DNA of 63,361 nucleotides, filler included, from Circinaria calcarea (Eukaryota): NCBI GenBank assembly GCA_051942165.1. It is 7 parts of 7 records of this genome, joined end to end, with 100 filler letters (N's around TTAATTAATTAA, not from the genome) between each part and the next. Parts side by side here need not be neighbours in the genome. Positions count along the whole stretch, not along the records: positions 54,408 to 63,361 come from JAVECS010001015.1; 6 more parts are not named here. One strand, 5' to 3'. Shown piece by piece: positions 61,438 to 63,361 of this stretch (position 1 is its first letter; each line of letters starts with the position of its first letter). The notes under the pieces were generated by a model. It saw only the letters and a program-made list of their open reading frames with translations, ran no database searches and was not told where the DNA came from. The position numbers and the translations under genes were made by a program.

Positions 61438-62025
61438 CTGTTAAATAGAGAGCCAAGCATACCGTGTGCTATGCAGAAGTTCTGTATTGCCCGTATTAAT
61501 ACTAGCGTGGGCTGCAGAGTTTTCCCCTTGGCTTTGCACTTTGCGAACCATAACTTACACATAGGTTACACAATATATCGACTATTGCGTACACTTCCAA
61601 TACCGTCTCAATACATTGCTTAAGTCACTCCCTGCTAAACCTTTAACAATCTTATCTTTATCCAACGCACCATTTCTGCTTGTTATTTCTACTCTCTGCT
61701 TGTGTTTCAATAGACCAATCAAGCCCATCCGGTATATACACACCGCCTTGGATTCCCTCCTTCGCTATCTTCTCTAGTTGAATGAGCTTCTGTCTTTTAT
61801 TCAGATCTTTTACACCTCCGTTGTCCAGGCTCTCGATCTTGATATTGCATATATATGTACAATGCAAAACTGTTAAATATAGAGCCAAGCATACCGTATG
61901 CCGAACTCTATGCCGAACTCCAATAGGGGGTTTCGTACTACTGGCACACTAGTAGTACTGTGGCTTGCAGAGTTTTCCTCTGCACTTTTGCACTTTGCGA
62001 TATATAGAACGTACACACTTCTTCT
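61438..62025. repeat. Pair of diverged ~110-160-bp direct repeats (from ~61438 and ~61870)
   Basis: CTGTTAAATAGAGAGCCAAGCATACCGT...GCAGAGTTTTCC...TTTGCACTTTGCGA versus CTGTTAAATATAGAGCCAAGCATACCGT...GCAGAGTTTTCC...TTTGCACTTTGCGA. Confidence 0.75.
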
Positions 62026-63361
62026 ATAGCATTTGTACGAATACTATACGCCATAGTTATTACTCTTATCCATTACCCACGTCGCTCCCTAGCAGATATT
62101 TAACAAAAACCCCATTCTTTTCTCCTTGTATCGAGACAAGTATGTCATTGCTGCCAATTCTTTGCCAAGCTCTGTTGGGTTGAAACACTAGATCTTCCAA
62201 AATCACGCCCATTCGCGCGTTTGGAAGGCTGTATTTAATCTGCGATGGTACTGGCCCTCTCCGATATTTCAATATATACCAGCGGTCTTCTCTAATATCG
62301 AGAAAAGAAGTAGGTCATCGCGGGGGTTCTAGCACAGAATGAGACAAATCCAGGCCCCTCTAATGATAGCCCAGTCTCGTCCCGGATGCATGGTGTCCTG
62401 TCAGTAAAATTTCTTATGGGTGTTGTAAAAGTTTCTCGGGTCGAGGCAGGAGCCCATCGATAGCCCTTTTCCCGCATCCTTGCTCCCTCATGAAAGAGTA
62501 AGCCCCGTGGTAGGATTCTTTGCAGTGAAAGGAAAACCTTCATCCTATCCTGTACAGGGACGTCAAACAGCGTCTTGGTATTTAAACCTAGTATTGTTGC
62601 AAGGCAGATCATATCATCACCCGCTCTACTTGTCGAGCGCCACGCAAAATGGCTCCACGCGGAAGTTTTTTCTCCCCGCGTCCCTTGAGTTGGCAATTAG
62701 CTTAAGGCCCATGTAGAAGATTGACGCCTCTAGATAGACCATGCGAAATGCTGAGAAATCAAAGGACAACTTTTCAAGCGCGATAACCGCTTCTCGAACG
62801 TCAAGGGCACCGTCTGCGAACTGAACATATAGGCTCTTGGCGAGAACTGCTTCTTGTAGCGTTCAAACCTATGATATGTGAGAGATGGTTTAGGCAAAGC
62901 GCTGATAAATTACTCGTCTTAACCAGTTCGAGCAAGATATCCGCATTAGAGATTCCTCGTGTGTAAAGCGGGCCACGTTCTGGATTTCAGCATCTAAGAC
63001 GAGTACTTTATGTGCTATTTTATAGGTTTCGTACATCCGAGAAATCGCCAACTTTCTATACTATTTCTCCAGAGGTACACATAACGTATCCATCCAAAAG
63101 AGAACGGGCCGGTCTGCCACGAAGTTTAAACTGCGAAGTAAGTACCTCCAATTTAGCATGTCTGCAAAATTAATTGCTTTTGGCAGACTCGCAATCATGG
63201 TTTGGAGTTTATGAAGCTGACATATAGGTAAAGAATTGTTCGTCACATTGCCTAAACCATCAGACCAAACATGGGATATAGCAGTATATTGAATGCCAGC
63301 ACGATACGCAACAGCATCGACAAGAAGATGTTCCGAATGATCCGAAATAGATAGGGATATC
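61658..63361 (-). pseudogene. HET-domain gene, disrupted; 5' end beyond the window
   Basis: YTAISHVWSDGLGN...NSLPICQL...FWMDTLCVP, in-frame TAG at 63061, RKLAISRM..TY..A.KVLVLD, WRSTSRAGDD.ICLATIL, GYRWAP, a frameshift near 62300, and terminal QKWCVG*. Confidence 0.75.

Noticed and set aside
5824..63361. HET genes and GBP-aerolysin gene forming one defence island
   Set aside because: They lie on different contigs, so co-occurrence in the window is an artefact of concatenation.

Overview
Eukaryotic fungal DNA (filamentous ascomycete, judged from short GT-AG introns with CTRAC branch sites, HET-domain genes and RIP-like mutation). The window is not one locus. It is seven unrelated ~9-kb contigs of steadily decreasing length, joined by artificial 100-nt N/TTAATTAATTAA/N linkers. 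Contigs 2, 5 and 6 are mostly housekeeping (choline permease, SDR, thioesterase, MFS, ARP1, ORM1, AIR1-like, PPN1, RPL1, AIM9-like). Contigs 1, 3 and 7 look accessory, with solo LTRs, RIP-type pseudogenes and three HET genes. The main discovery is in contig 3. Hand-splicing 10 exons (21436-25664) gives one continuous ~1226-aa reading frame that fuses an N-terminal guanylate-binding-protein (GBP/atlastin-like) GTPase and a long helical stalk to a C-terminal aerolysin-type beta-pore-forming domain, with no signal peptide. This is a candidate intracellular GTPase-coupled pore-forming immune or cell-death effector. The ORF track splits it into unrelated-looking pieces. All family assignments come from motif recognition by eye, not from database searches.
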